Part shown: positions 25,000-39,184 of the stretch, piece by piece
Layout of the letters: each line of letters begins with the position of its first letter
How positions within the stretch are numbered: position 1 is the stretch's first letter
NCBI RefSeq assembly: GCF_009914755.1
Contig: NC_060936.1
DNA: 64,000 nucleotides
Direction: 5' to 3' (one strand)
Source: the human T2T-CHM13v2.0 reference genome, Homo sapiens
The notes under the pieces: model-generated
What the model was told of the DNA's origin: nothing
Database searches by the model: none
The model's input: the letters and a program-made list of their open reading frames with translations, nothing else
Program-made: the position numbers and the translations under genes

Positions 25000-25530
25000 G
25001 TAAGGCTTTCATTTGCTGATGTTAATTCTCAGCTGCCTGCTCCTCGTCCTTCATTGTACCCTGTGTCTTAGCTGGGCACGCTCCTGATTCCCTGCTATAT
25101 CCAGACGGTCCATGTAAATAGTGTTTATGTTAAGGAAGTCATGTTCAGTGTGACTGGAGCACACAGAAACTGATGTTGTTGTCACTTTAGATTAAGCTCT
25201 TATTTTAGTAAAGGAGGCAATTGGAGCAGGCAGCTGAGTGGCCGAATGAAATATTCAGCTCATTTCATTTAGAGCTGCCCGGTTCCCATTGTTCATGCTG
25301 GCACGGCTGGTTAACCCCGTTGGTGCCGCATGGCAACAGCTCGCGCTAGCTCCTGCCAGCTCCTGCCTCCACTCACAGGCTTCCTCCAGCTGACACTTTT
25401 TAAGTCGTCCATTGACACACATAGAGTTAACCCAGTGAATCTTGTAGCACAAGTTAAACCCCTGGATGTGTCTTTGCAATCTCCTATTTTTGCACCCAAA
25501 ATGGATGTGTTAAAAAAGCGTTAACTATGT
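25000..25530. promoter_or_regulatory. Candidate enhancer: unique, CpG-retaining block
   Basis: About 9 CpGs in 25240-25520; RFX half-site catggcaac; FOX-like gtaaata/tgtttat; three GTTAAC. Confidence 0.4.
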
Positions 25531-26582
25531 GTGTAGAGTAGGCCTAAATCTCCAGGTACAGCTAGAAGATTGGTGAGCACCAAGATGCTTACAACAGAGT
25601 GTTTTTGTGGTGACTGCAAAAATGCAAAATGTGTCTGCCAGAGGGAGATGTTTGGCTTAATTCCTTGAAATATTTTAAGTACTGCTCTATAACAAGGAGT
25701 TGGTTAAAACACAAGTTGAGGGCCATGATCCCATAACAAACATGCTGAAGAATACTAATTACATTCATTTATGTTTGAAACTTACTATTTGTAAAGACTT
25801 ACATATAGAGAGTTGTGTTAGTACTTTGCCACCTTCCTGGAAGTACCATCGCATCCTGCTCACTTTTGAGAATTTGAGGTGCGTGTTTAGAAACCCTCCA
25901 ATCATTCTAACATGATCATCTAGTAATATCAGAAAAAGTCTTCTGACTTCCAAGGCTTGCTTTCATTCTTTTTCTTTTTTCCTTTCTTCCTCCCTTTTTT
26001 TTTCTTTTTTGACAAGTCAAACCAGAAAAGGTGATTGAGGGAAATGAAAAAGTAAATACTATTTCCATATATCAAATCCCTGGTTAAATGAAAGACTCGT
26101 GACAGTTTTTCGACCATCAGAAAATGCTTTACAGCATAAGATCTTATCGCCTCAAGATCCTGAGAAAGTAGAAATTCTTCTTTACAATTTACAGATAGTA
26201 TTTAATGTACATATAAATTACCAGTCATCACTGGACAATAATAACTATTTGTTATTATGAAGATGCACTCAACTCCTAACATAATAATAAGTACATGCCA
26301 GGCTAAAAGTGACCCTTACCTTTATGGTGTCTAAATATTTAGTAAGTATTTATTCTGTGGATATATGTGTATTGTAGAGGGGCCAAAGTTTATACAGTTT
26401 TAGAAAGAGAAGACAAATTATAAATTTAACATGAAAATGAGTATTCATTTGCTATGAAAAAAAAAATCAACAAACTTTAAAATGTCAGGAAGGGTCCCAA
26501 ACATCACAAATCCAGAAAAAAAATAGATTCATATTATCTCCCTGACCACAACTCTTTAATGCTTTTTCCCCTACACTTATGA

Positions 26583-26951
<369 letters not shown>

Positions 26952-27008
26952 TAGAAAGAATAATCATTCATTCTTTCCTCTGGAATATTTCATCAAAATT
27001 TGTTTTTA

Positions 27009-27313
<305 letters not shown>

Positions 27314-29858
27314 TTATCACTGAGATTCAGAAAACATGCAACTACACACACACAGTGGTACTTGTGTTTCTATTACTGCTACAGGTTTGTGCCCTAAAAA
27401 CAAAAGAATGTTGAGAAAAAGAAATCTATCAAAAAAGAAAAAAAGATGCATTAATAGTAGCATGAACTGCATTAGTCATTAAATTCCTGACAGGAGAGAA
27501 CTTCTGTTTTGACTATGCATTGATAAACCCACATCCTCTGCTATTATTGCACATCTAATAACAGGAAGGGTTTTGCAGAGAGTAGCTTCTGTCTCCGTGT
27601 ATTTCAAACCTAGTTTCACTCCCGCCACCCATGAGCATACATGAGATACCAGTGCTGTGGACACGTGCACTGGGTATTACCATGACCTCGGGCTCCACAC
27701 CTGTGTCAGAATGCTCCAGGGAGTTGCCAAGGTGGACAATTATCAACAGCTTCACTATACATGGAAGTGTTTACAAACAACCAAAATAGAACCCACTTAA
27801 TTTTAGACCACAGCAGCCCCAGTTTGATTCTCCCTTTGTTGGACCCCCACCAAAAACGGCCACGGTCTTTCCAATGCCACCCCAAAACATGACACTAAAG
27901 GAAGGGCAGTCAAAGTCGAAGCACTGGTCTTACATGATTGCAGCTAAAATAGCTTTCTTTTCAAATTTTACAAAAAAAAAACCAAACAAACAGAAAAACA
28001 CGTGAGCATCTGAGCACACTGCCTACAGCGTCTCCCCATACCTGGGAAAGGACCCATAGGAGTGAAGGACCCTGAGGCTTAGTTTCTCCTCTGGTAAAAC
28101 AACTGATTTCTTCTCTGGTTGAACAAACTTTAAAAAACCAATACATATCAGATATTTGTCAATAACTGTGATTATAAAGATATACTAAAGGAATTTTATT
28201 TCAAGACACAGGGAGTCCAGAAGATACTTAACAATAATTAATTTCATGAAAAATATAAAAGAAAGAGTATTTAGAGCAAATTCTGTTCTTGGAATTATAA
28301 AACCGTGAGTACAAATTTTCTAGAAGCACAAAGATCTTTCCATGTCTAAAGTATAATGAAAATGTGGAATTACACAAATGAATACATTGCCACATATTTC
28401 AGTAGCTAAAAAAACAATTGTTGAGAAGAACGCACATATAAGTCTGGTTATTTTGAATTGCCAGTAGCAGGAAGACTATGGAAGTATGCATTTGGAAGCT
28501 TTGCTTTCCAAAGAGCCATGGAAACATTAATAAATGCGGAAACAATTCCAAAATTTAATTTTGATGAGATTTTCTCTTGTGCTCCCAGCAACATACAAAT
28601 TGTAATCTAATAACATATTATCTCTAAAATATATGTAAAACATATTTGTTGAACATATAGGTATAGTACATTTCTCCATTCAACATAATACCAAATCAAA
28701 ATATCCTATGTACTGGTAGCGTAAGGAAAATTTGCTCTATTATCTACAATAAGGTTTTCATATTAAGCTCATTCTACTTTAATTATCTTTGATTATGCCT
28801 TAGAAATATACCCATTAAAAGATAAAACATAAACTTTCAATCTGACCATTAGCATTAGGAAATCCAGTCCATAATTCAGCATATTCATGAAAGTAGCTAA
28901 AGTAACTCAAGTTTTAATAGACTTCTCAAGCCATTCATTAAGACTTTAGAGGAAAAATTGGTCTTAAATTTAGAAGTCAAATTTCAGTTGAAACTTTCAA
29001 GATAGATGGCACAATCTCTGAAGTGGGTGAAATAACTAAAATGCTAATTAGTTTTTAAATTTTTTCATAACCTTCCATTTTGTTTCTTTTCTTCCTTCTT
29101 TTCATTCTTGACACCCAAGTAACTGAGTGGCCTTGCCACAAGAAGCATTAGCAAATGAAATGATTTATAATAAATTATTTCAAGACAACAAGTTTGTGAG
29201 GAGGGCGGGGGAAGAATTTCGACTTTTAGGAAAGTTGCTGAGCAACAGCAATGTTAAAGCAAAAGCACAAAGCCTGAAAAGTTAGCAGAAAAAGAAATTA
29301 ATAGCCAGTACCAAGTCACAGTTGACTCAAAGTCAGCAACAGGGAACATTCAAAATTATTCCAATGCATGCATTAACAGATGAAATTTAGACCTACTAAG
29401 TCTGGTTTCTTGTTTCTCTTCCCGAGTCTCCTTATCTAAATAGACAAAATGCTTCAGTGTAATAGTCCTGCTGCCTCAGGTAGACTCCCAAATTCCATTA
29501 GCAATGCAGAATAACCACCCCCTCCATGCTCCACACACACACTTTGCTGAGTTTGCAAACTGTAGATACCAAATAGGTTCAAATAAGGTATGTGACAGAA
29601 CTGAAACACTATCAAACAAAATATGTTAACAAAGTCTAATAGGCAAATGACTTTATAAATGTCAGTGTCTAAAATAAGTGTTGGCACAGTATGGCCTGTG
29701 GTCCAAATCTGGCTCACTCCTTTGAAATAGAAATGGAGATTTTAACAGATGACCACTTACAATCAATTTGGTGACAGAGACATTAACTTTGAACTCCCAA
29801 TTAAGAAAAATGTCCTCTCTCCAAAACCTGACTCATAGTGTAAAAAATGCACTTTGTT

Positions 29859-30159
<301 letters not shown>

Positions 30160-30214
30160 TTATTTTTTGTTATTACTATTATATTTTGAACTATGTCCAT
30201 TAAAAATTTGTACT

Positions 30215-30490
30215 GGCCAGGTTTGGTGGCTCGCACCTGTAATCCCAGAGCTTTGGGAGGTCAAGGCAGGAGGATCACTCGAGGCCAGGAGTTTGAAATC
30301 AGCCTGGGCAACATAGCGAGACCTCGTCTCTACAAAACATTAAAAAATTAACCTTGCATGGTGGCATATGCCTGTAGTCTCTGCTACTGGGGAGACTGAG
30401 GCAAGAGGATGAATTCTGCCCAGGAGTTGGAAGATGCAGTGGCACAATTGAGCCACTTCGCTCCAGCCTGGATGACAGAGCCAGACCCTA

Positions 30491-30523
<33 letters not shown>
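30215..30523 (+). mobile_element. AluJ-type
   Basis: Diverged dimer with long poly(A). Confidence 0.92.
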
Positions 30524-30527
<4 letters not shown>

Positions 30528-30879
30528 CAAAATATTTTTTTCACTTAAAGTACTTACATAATATCCTCAGTTTTGCCTCCTAGCCTACAAAGCCTAAAAT
30601 ATTTACTCTCTAGCCCTTTTCAAAAAAAGTTTGCCAACAGCTGGTCTAAATCTGATCTGCAAAACTGTTTTAGCCTCACCTATTTCTAGCTTTTATGATC
30701 TATGCATGTATGTATGTATTTAGAATGTATAACATAACTACTCACATAAAGGATTTACACCTACCTCCTAATGCTCCCTAAATCACTACCAGGAAAAGAC
30801 TACATTAACTACCCCCTGAAAATAGATGCCTAGAGAGAGTTCACAATAATGGATGGTATTTATCTCACTTCAGAGTAAA

Positions 30880-31150
30880 ATGAGGAGGTGCCATTTTTAC
30901 CTAGTAATTTAGCTTGAAAAAATTAAAATTATAATGCCCAATGTTAGTGGGAGTATGGACAAGAAAATCCATTTCTACATTAACTGCAGCAGTGTTAAAT
31001 AGCACAATTTACCTGGAAAGCAATTTGGTAATAGATAACAAAATCCATTAAAATATTTACACACTTTGACATAGTAAATCTACCTCTGTAAATCCAGAAA
31101 TATGAAAACACACACATAAAGATGTTCCATAAAATGTTATTTACAATAGT
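30880..31150 (+). mobile_element. Old L1 (L1ME-like) fragment
   Basis: ggaaagcaatttggtaatag...cactttgacatagtaaatctacctctg. Confidence 0.6.
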
Positions 31151-31334
31151 GACCTGTCCCTACCACTTTTTTCCCCTATTAATGGTCTTAAGAGAAATAT
31201 TGGTACAATCCTGTTCCTCACACCAACATAGCCATTAATTCCTCCGCCTGCCTCTTTTGTATCTTTTTCTTCTTCATCTCTGCAGCTACTCTCTTGTTTT
31301 AAGAACCTGTCATGTCTCTTCTGGATATCACCTT

Positions 31335-31663
31335 GGGACTGGATCTGCATTTAGGAGGTTCTAAAGCTTATACAATTTGGGGGCCCTTTTAAAGAGAAAG
31401 AATGCAAAATTGTGAATGCAAAATGTATGTGGGCACTTTGATGTCACCTAACATTAATGGAAACATAACAGAGGTGTAGCAGTATAAAAAAAGAAAGCCT
31501 GAGTTTTTAACTGGTTGAACTTAGAAATTTGTACTTTTGCAACATTTATAAAAACATATGGCTGCAGAAACACAATTTAGGGTCCCTACTAAAATACTGC
31601 TAGGAACCCATGCAAGCTTCGTTTATTTAAGCTTTATTTCAGCTTCTTGGTTTATCTGGCTCC
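31335..31663. mobile_element. MER115-like hAT-Tip100 fragment
   Basis: aagcttatacaatttgggggcccttttaaagagaaagaatgcaaaatt. Confidence 0.6.
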
Positions 31664-31669
31664 TTATCA

Positions 31670-32228
31670 ATCTCTTAGTTCCTAAAGCTTGTAACTTCTA
31701 ATCCGTCTATCCAATCATAATGCTGAAGGTTAATTTTTCTAAAATGATATTCTAAACATACTCTTCCCCTACATGAAAATCTTTCTTGCCAATAGGATAA
31801 CAGGCACAAATCTTCCCATGATATCACTCCCACCTACTCCAATCCCATTCTCTGTTATTCAAGACATGCTACATTATTTACAGTTCCTTGTAATATTATT
31901 TCCATCTTCTCATACCTGAGCAGATGTTCTTTCTTCCCTGGAACTGAAATTATTTTCTCCTCTTTTCTGGCTAAAGCATTTCTGAGCAACTTTCTATTTC
32001 AACTTACCTTGTGAAGCTTTCCCAGAGCTGACAATAAAGTTGATAGCAACCTCTTTGGCCACTCTCCCTAAGTATTGCACTTATTCCCTATTATAAAGAC
32101 TCATTCACTGTGTGTTTCCCCTGATAAATCAAATCTCCTTAAGGACGGAAACCTTGTCTTAACTATCTTTATTCCCTAAGTGCTTGCACTGAGTAGGTGC
32201 TCAGTAAAGCTCGGTTGAATGAATAAAC
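31670..32228 (+). mobile_element. L2 3' region
   Basis: ctccttaaggacggaaacc...gtaggtgctcagtaaagctcggttgaatgaataaa. Confidence 0.75.
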
Positions 32229-33546
32229 AAAAAAGGAGGAGAAGCAAATATACCAAAAAGCTAGTTTTGTTGCTTTCAGTTCTTACACTGTGAGCATTTT
32301 TTTACTCTTATTTTAAAATATTAGTGTGCAGCTGTATTTGTTTTACAATGCGAAATTCAATTTACAATAAAATATTTCTTTGAGCCTGACTCTAATTTTC
32401 ATTAGCTCTCCTACCCAATTCTCTTAAAACCCTGCACACCTGTGCCAAGCTTATTTACACGGCCAACAGTCTACTTTACTTAAAATCACGGTTAGATCCC
32501 TGTACACAATTAGCTAAATAAATATCATTAGTGCAGCTTCATTAAAGTGTATTTTTCTTAAGCATTTCTCAATACGCATATTTCTCAGTAAGTAAGCACC
32601 TATTAGAATTTTGGCAAGAAAAATCTTATCATGGACTTGTTTCTGTAGGTATATACTTCAGGTCTTAACTGAAAGGAATAATAAAAGAATTTTGCCATCT
32701 GGAATAAAATAGTGACAAATACTACAAGACTCAAATTATGTTCATATACATAAAGCCATGTTTCCAAATCACTATAATAATTCCTATCTCCCACCTAGGA
32801 GGCACTAAAGAATTGTTTTTAAAAGGAAAATATCAAAACAATCCGATAATTCTCCTAAATATAATCCCCATTGAAGCTGAACATATTTTATCCTTTTTTA
32901 GCTAAGCTATCATTATCATTATCCAGTAAATGCCTGCAGGAACTTTATAGCTAACAGTTTACCCTTTTCCTTTTGCATGATTTAAATATGTTGTTTTATT
33001 ACACATTGTTTAAATATGCCCTACGTGAAGCCGACCACACACACACACAGCATATTTAGATAGGAACATAGGTCAAAAGCACCAAAAAAATGCAAACCAC
33101 AAGTCATATGAATAACACCACCAAACTCAAGTTGACACTATTTTAGTAGCTTCAGGAACATTTGAACCCTGGCATAATTTATACCTTGAATTCAGGCAGA
33201 AATTCATTTTCTAGCCAATGGTATGATGGTGATAGATTGGACCTCTCTACAGACAGGTGCCATTTCCCCTTTGTGCAAGGCTTGCTGTTCTGAGTTCATG
33301 TGATGGCACCACCTGATGTCTAAGAGCTTTTTCCTAGATGGGTCCATACTTCTGCTAGCCTGGTTTGATTGTTTAAAAGAAAGCCAGCATTCTTCTTGTT
33401 GCATAATCCTGCGTGTAAGAGCTGAGATGAAGTGTAGGATAGCAGAAAGAATGCGAGCTACAGAGTCACACAGTCATGGAGAGGAATTGCATGGGAACTT
33501 CAAGGTCTGTGCGACTTTGAAGTAATTGCGCTCCTCTGAACCCTGG

Positions 33547-33970
33547 TGTTATGGGTTGCATTGCCCCTTCCCCCCAAATTCATATGTTGAAGCCCTAACC
33601 CCAGGATCTCAGAATGTGACCTTATTTGGAAATATGGTCTTTGTGGATGTAATTAGTTAAGATGAGGTCATTCTTGTGGGCCTTAATCCAGTATAACTGG
33701 TGTCCTTATAAAAAGGGGAAATTTGGACATAGAGACAAATATGCATAGGGGAAAAATAATATAAAGAGCTACAGAAAGAAGACAGCCATCTACAAGCCAA
33801 AAAAGAAGGGCCCAGAACAGATTCTTCGCCTGCAGCCGTCAGAAGGAAACTACCCTTCTGTCAGCCTTGATTTCTGACTTCTATCCTCTGGAACTGTGGG
33901 ACGATCAATTTCTGTTGTTTGTCACCCTGTTTGTGGTACTTTACTATGGAAGCTCTAGCAAACTAACACA
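33547..33970 (+). mobile_element. MLT1B/C solo LTR inserted in a MIR
   Basis: TGttatgggttg...aattcatatgttgaagccctaacc...ctagcaaactaacaCA. Confidence 0.9.
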
Positions 33971-34229
33971 ACTGTTTTCCTCAAATGTCAAATCCTTAAT
34001 ATAAATTATGCGGTGCCATTTTTAGGATTAAAAATCACATGGTAAGTTCCAGAAAGAAGGCAGGCAATATATTTTATCATGGGGGGGTATACTATTTGAA
34101 GTATTTTATCTCATTTCCTTGAATCTTGCTTCTTTCTCCAGTCAGCCAAGTAGCTATACTCTTCACTCATGGTGTTAGAAAACTGTTGGCAAGGAAGGGA
34201 AAACAGGGCACTGAGGGGGTGTCAGTTAA

Positions 34230-35700
34230 TAAATTGTGAGGTTCGAAAGCCTAATGCCCCCTAGGAAACTGGAATGATTCCCGCCCATAGAAAACAGGAT
34301 CAGAAGAGACCTTCCTACATATAAAATAAGCTAAGGGCAGATGTAAACCCCTTTGAGTGCAAAATAAGGTAGTTAAGGCATGTGTGTACATCAGTGGATC
34401 CAGGAGCAAGATAGAAGTGGCTAGTTTCATCCTATTCCCCTGCCACCCTGATCCCAGGCCCCACTGCCTCGACTCTCCCTAATGGGAGCAGAATGACAGA
34501 TCGGGAGATTCAACTGAGGTACCTTCCTGAAACAAGTATGAAATTTCAATGTAAATGACCAGGTCAAAATGCAGATTTTAAAAGAAATTGAGAACTACGG
34601 ATGGCTCTAAAAGTTATAAAGGATCAACAGAAGGGAGAGGAGGGGAAGAGGCTTTAAGAGGCTATTGGATAGAGCTGCTGCTGATGCCAAGTCCCATCTT
34701 TCCCCGAGAGAGAGACAGAAAGGGCTACCTTTTCCATAGGTCTTTAGAGAGGCTTCAGAGGAAACCTTTAGTGGGCCTGTATGTACCCCCTGGAGTTTGA
34801 GAGACCCCATGGACTGCAGCCTGGCTCCCATCCTGAAAATCCAGAGGACAAGAGAGCTGGGCTAGGAGCAGCTCTGCAATCTGAGAAGTGCCCGCAGCCT
34901 CTCCCGCCCATGAAGGTTCATAAGAGGCATGTTTTCCTAGAGCAGGTGTGGGCCAGGTGTGAGAGAGCCAGCCTGAAGCCCAAGAGGATCAACGGCGGTA
35001 TTCACAAGACACCAAATCAGAGGCCAGAGGGAACAGACTATCTGAAACCAGGTGCTGAGTGGGGAGTAGGGCGCTGAAGGAGAAGCCCTGCCCAAGTCAG
35101 AAGAATTGAAGCTGCGTGGGTCCATCGGAGGGGCCATGAAAGTCTCCCAAAAGTGATCAACTGAGAGTCCGTGTTAAGCAGCTTCCTGGCCCAGAAAACA
35201 CAAAGCCAGCTTAATATAACATCCGTTCAAGTGAGAAAAATCCCTGAGCTACTTTTCCCCTCTTCTTTCCTGTGCCCCAACCCCTGAGAGTTCAGCAACA
35301 GCAACTAGGAAGTGGGATAGGAGGTGACAGGTGAAGAGAGGAAAAAATGACAGACCTTTTCCCTCTGCAGTAGTCCAACTCAAAACTGGGCCCCAGATGG
35401 GGGAGGGTAGATCTTCTGATATTAAATTAACTTTGAAGCTATGATTATGATTTGATATTGGACATAAACATTTCTGAATGTAGATTATTTCTGTAACTTA
35501 AAATGTCCAGAGGACTTTTTTTTAAAATCTAAGAGTGAACTTGTGAAGTATGGAGTCTGCCTGAGACCTAAATTTCACCCGAAGCAAGGGAATACCTGCC
35601 ACCCTTCTCCAATGCATTTCAAAGAAACAGAAGGAGATGAAAAATAAATTGTGTTTTGATTGATTTCCTAAGTTGTGCTTGTTCAAAATACGATTAAAGA
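34230..35700 (+). mobile_element. Ancient long LTR (LTR78-like)
   Basis: 3' motifs aacttaaaatgtccagaggactttt...ctaagagtgaac...gtctgcctgaga...aaaataaa. Confidence 0.5.
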
Positions 35701-35879
35701 AACCCCAAATATGTTGGGGGGAGACAGGGGTGATGGGCAAAAGAGTTTCTTTCTTGGGTATAGTCTGAACTTCAGAAACAGCCTGGTGGTACATCCAGGA
35801 CTTAAGCGGCCTTGCAAAGGATCTCATGCCATAGCATAACACAGGAGCTGCTGAACAAGAGTGGCAATGCAAAAAACAA

Positions 35880-36255
35880 AAAAAAAGGGTGGGGGAGCTT
35901 TTTAATCCCAAGAGTTTCCTCTGGGCCTGCAGCAGTGATAGCATGCCCCTATGTGCCCAAGAAGTATCTAGAAGAAACTAAGAGAAGGAGAACAGAAGAT
36001 CCTCGAAGATAGATCGAGGTGTGCCCCGGCAGCAGTCCACAAGTACTGACAAGAGATGGTAAGACAGACATGACTAATGGAGAGATGACAGCCAAAGAAC
36101 TGGGATCCACCCCCTCGAGAACTTGGCATCTCATAGCCTTATCCAGAACTTCAGTGCAACCTCAGGCTGCTGATATGGTTAAGCAGAGGGTCCGAACAGC
36201 ATTTAATTTCAGGTTAACTATGGAAGAATAAAGAAAGTTACATTTCTTGCACCCA
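35880..36255 (+). mobile_element. Ancient LTR fragment
   Basis: Ends gaataaagaaagttacatttcttgcac. Confidence 0.35.
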
Positions 36256-36689
36256 CAGACAAGAGACCCACCTGCCACATTTGGGGAGGCTTGTCCAAAA
36301 CTTCTGAGGATCCTCCTGAAGTATGGCTCTACACCTTGGACCGTTTAAAAAGCCTAGAAAAGAATTAGAGCCCAGTCATTTATAGGCAGATTCATAATGT
36401 ACGGAGATGGGGTTGACTGTCTGAAGTCTTAGCTATTTTAAGAAATATCACTGGATTGCAATAAGCTGAGTGTGACAGAATACAGTATATATACTACTAT
36501 AGAAGCCTTAAAATCTTAAAATTCCAACCAGACAGATACGGAGTGATCAGCAGAAGGAATGGAAATAGAGTGAATTTGCCTGTTTCATTTACTTTTGAAA
36601 TAAAATGCTCCAAATCCAGGAACAACGTATAGAAAAGAGGAAACGTAGTAGGGAATTTCGAGGTTTCTATCCAAGACTTGGAATTTTTT

Positions 36690-36990
36690 AAAGCATCCAA
36701 TCTGTTTCTGATGAGAGAAGAAAAATAAACCCAGGTTAGGGAATCACTCATGACAGGAATGGTACTGTAGACAGACTGTTCAAAGAAAAACCTTTCTGAT
36801 AAGGTGACGTTTGAGCAGAGATCTCGATGAAGTGAATGAGCAGGCCAGAGAAAGGAATGTTCCAGACGAGGAAATGGCAAGTACAAAGGCCTTGTGGTGA
36901 GAGCTTGCTAAGCGTGTCCAGGAACAGCAAAAAAGGCTCTGCGACTGCCATATGATTATCTGAGGGCAGAAAGAGGGGACATGAAGCTTT
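36690..36990 (-). mobile_element. L2 fragment
   Basis: aaggtgacgtttgagcagagatct...gtacaaaggccttgtgg. Confidence 0.75.
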
Positions 36991-37009
36991 CCCATGGAAA
37001 GCGCCAAAA

Positions 37010-37093
37010 GACGCTTTCAGATTTTAATCTAGAACACTTTACAGAAAATGTGATGCTTTCAGATTTTAATCTAGAAGACTTTACAGAAAATGT
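37010..37093. repeat. 42-bp tandem duplication
   Basis: gaYgctttcagattttaatctagaaSactttacagaaaatgt twice, two mismatches. Confidence 0.95.
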
Positions 37094-37560
37094 TGTGTTT
37101 AATTAAACATTTTAATTTAAAATAATTGTAGATCCACATGCAGTTACAAAAAAACACAGAGAGATCCTGGGCAGCCTTTACCCAGTTTCCCTCATCGGTA
37201 ACAGCTTGCAGAACTATACTACATTGTCACAACCACGATACTGACATTGACAGAGTCAAGATACAGAACATTTCCAACACCACAAAAATCCCTCAGGTTG
37301 CCTTTTTATAGCCACACTTGTTTCCGCTCCACCCCACCCTCCTTAACCCCTGGAAACCACTGATCTATTTTCAGTTTCTATAATTTCTTCACTTCAAAAG
37401 TATTATATAAATGAAATCATACACTCAACAGAACTTTCTAAAGATTCGTCTAGGTTCACGTATGTATCAATAGTTTATTTTTGTTGCTGAATAGTGTTCT
37501 ATGGTATGGATTGTTTAATCATTTATTGAAGGATGCTGAGTTGTTTCAAGTTTGAGATTA

Positions 37561-38262
37561 ATTCACACCGATTAATAATTTGGAATGGCAATTATTAAAA
37601 AGTCAGGAAACAACAGATGCTGGTGAGGCTGTTGAGAAATAGGAACGCTTTTACACTGCTGGTGGGAATGTAAATTAATTCAACCATTGTGGAAGACAGC
37701 ATGGTGATTCCTCGAGAATCTAGAACCGGAAATATCATTTGACCCAGCAATCCCATTACTGGGTATATACCCCCAAAATATAAATCATTCTACTATAAAG
37801 ACACATGCACACAAATGTTTGTTGCAGCACTATTTACAATAGCAAAGACAGGGAACCAACCCAAATGCCCATCAATGATAGACTGGATAAAGAAAATATG
37901 GTACATATACATCATGGAATACTATGCAGCCATAAAAAGAAATGAGATAATGTCCTTTGCAGGGGCATGGATGAAGCTGAAAGCCATCATCCTTAGCAAA
38001 CTAACACAGGAACAGAAAACCAAACACCACCCACCACATGTTCTCACTCATAAGTGGGAGTTGAACATTGAGAACACATGGACACAGAGAGGGGAACAAT
38101 ATACACCACCAGAGCCTGCTGTGGGGTGGGGAGTGAGGGGAGGGAATTTAGAGGACAGGTCAATAGGTGTAGCAAACCACCACGGCACACATATACCTAT
38201 GTAACAAACCTGCACTTTCTGCACATGTATCCCTTTTTTTTTAGAAAAAATAATTTTTTTTA
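37561..38262 (+). mobile_element. L1PA (PA11-13-like) 3' end
   Basis: ORF2 C-terminal peptide MFVAALFTIAK...; TSD aagtttgagatta at 37548-37560 and 38263-38275. Confidence 0.93.
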
Positions 38263-38785
38263 AAGTTTGAGATTATTATGAATAAAGTCATAAACATTTA
38301 TATACAGGTTTTTGTGTGAAAATGTTGTCTTTTCTCTGAGATAAATGTCCAGGAGTGCATTGCTAGGTTATATACGGCAGATGAATGTTGTTTTTTCCTC
38401 CCCCAAATCTACCTGTTTTGCAGAATTTTACATCCCCACCAACAATGTCTGAATGAGCTAGTTTCTGTACATCCTTGTCAGCATTTGATATTGTCACTAT
38501 CTTTTATTTTAGCCTTTCTGCACTTGTCATTGATTAATGATGTTGAACATCTTTTTACGTGCTTAGCTGCTATCTGTATATCTTCTCCCAAGAAATGTTT
38601 CTTCAGGTATTTAGCCCATTTTCTAATTGGATTTCTCTTTTTTACTATAGAGTTTTCAGAGTTTATATTCTTGACACTAGAACTTTGTCAGATATATGGT
38701 TTGCAAACACTTTTATTCCAATCTGTAGCTTGGTTTTTCGTCTGTAGCTTGGCTTTTCGTCCTTTCAATAGGATCTTTCACATAG

Positions 38786-39184
<399 letters not shown>

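Noticed and set aside
35522-35944. Longest ORF in the track (140 aa)
   Set aside because: Overlaps ancient LTR sequence, non-ATG start, no recognisable domain.
37815-38204. 129-aa ORF, also 17961-18143 and 41329-41643
   Set aside because: Remnants of L1 ORF2p in truncated or decayed elements.
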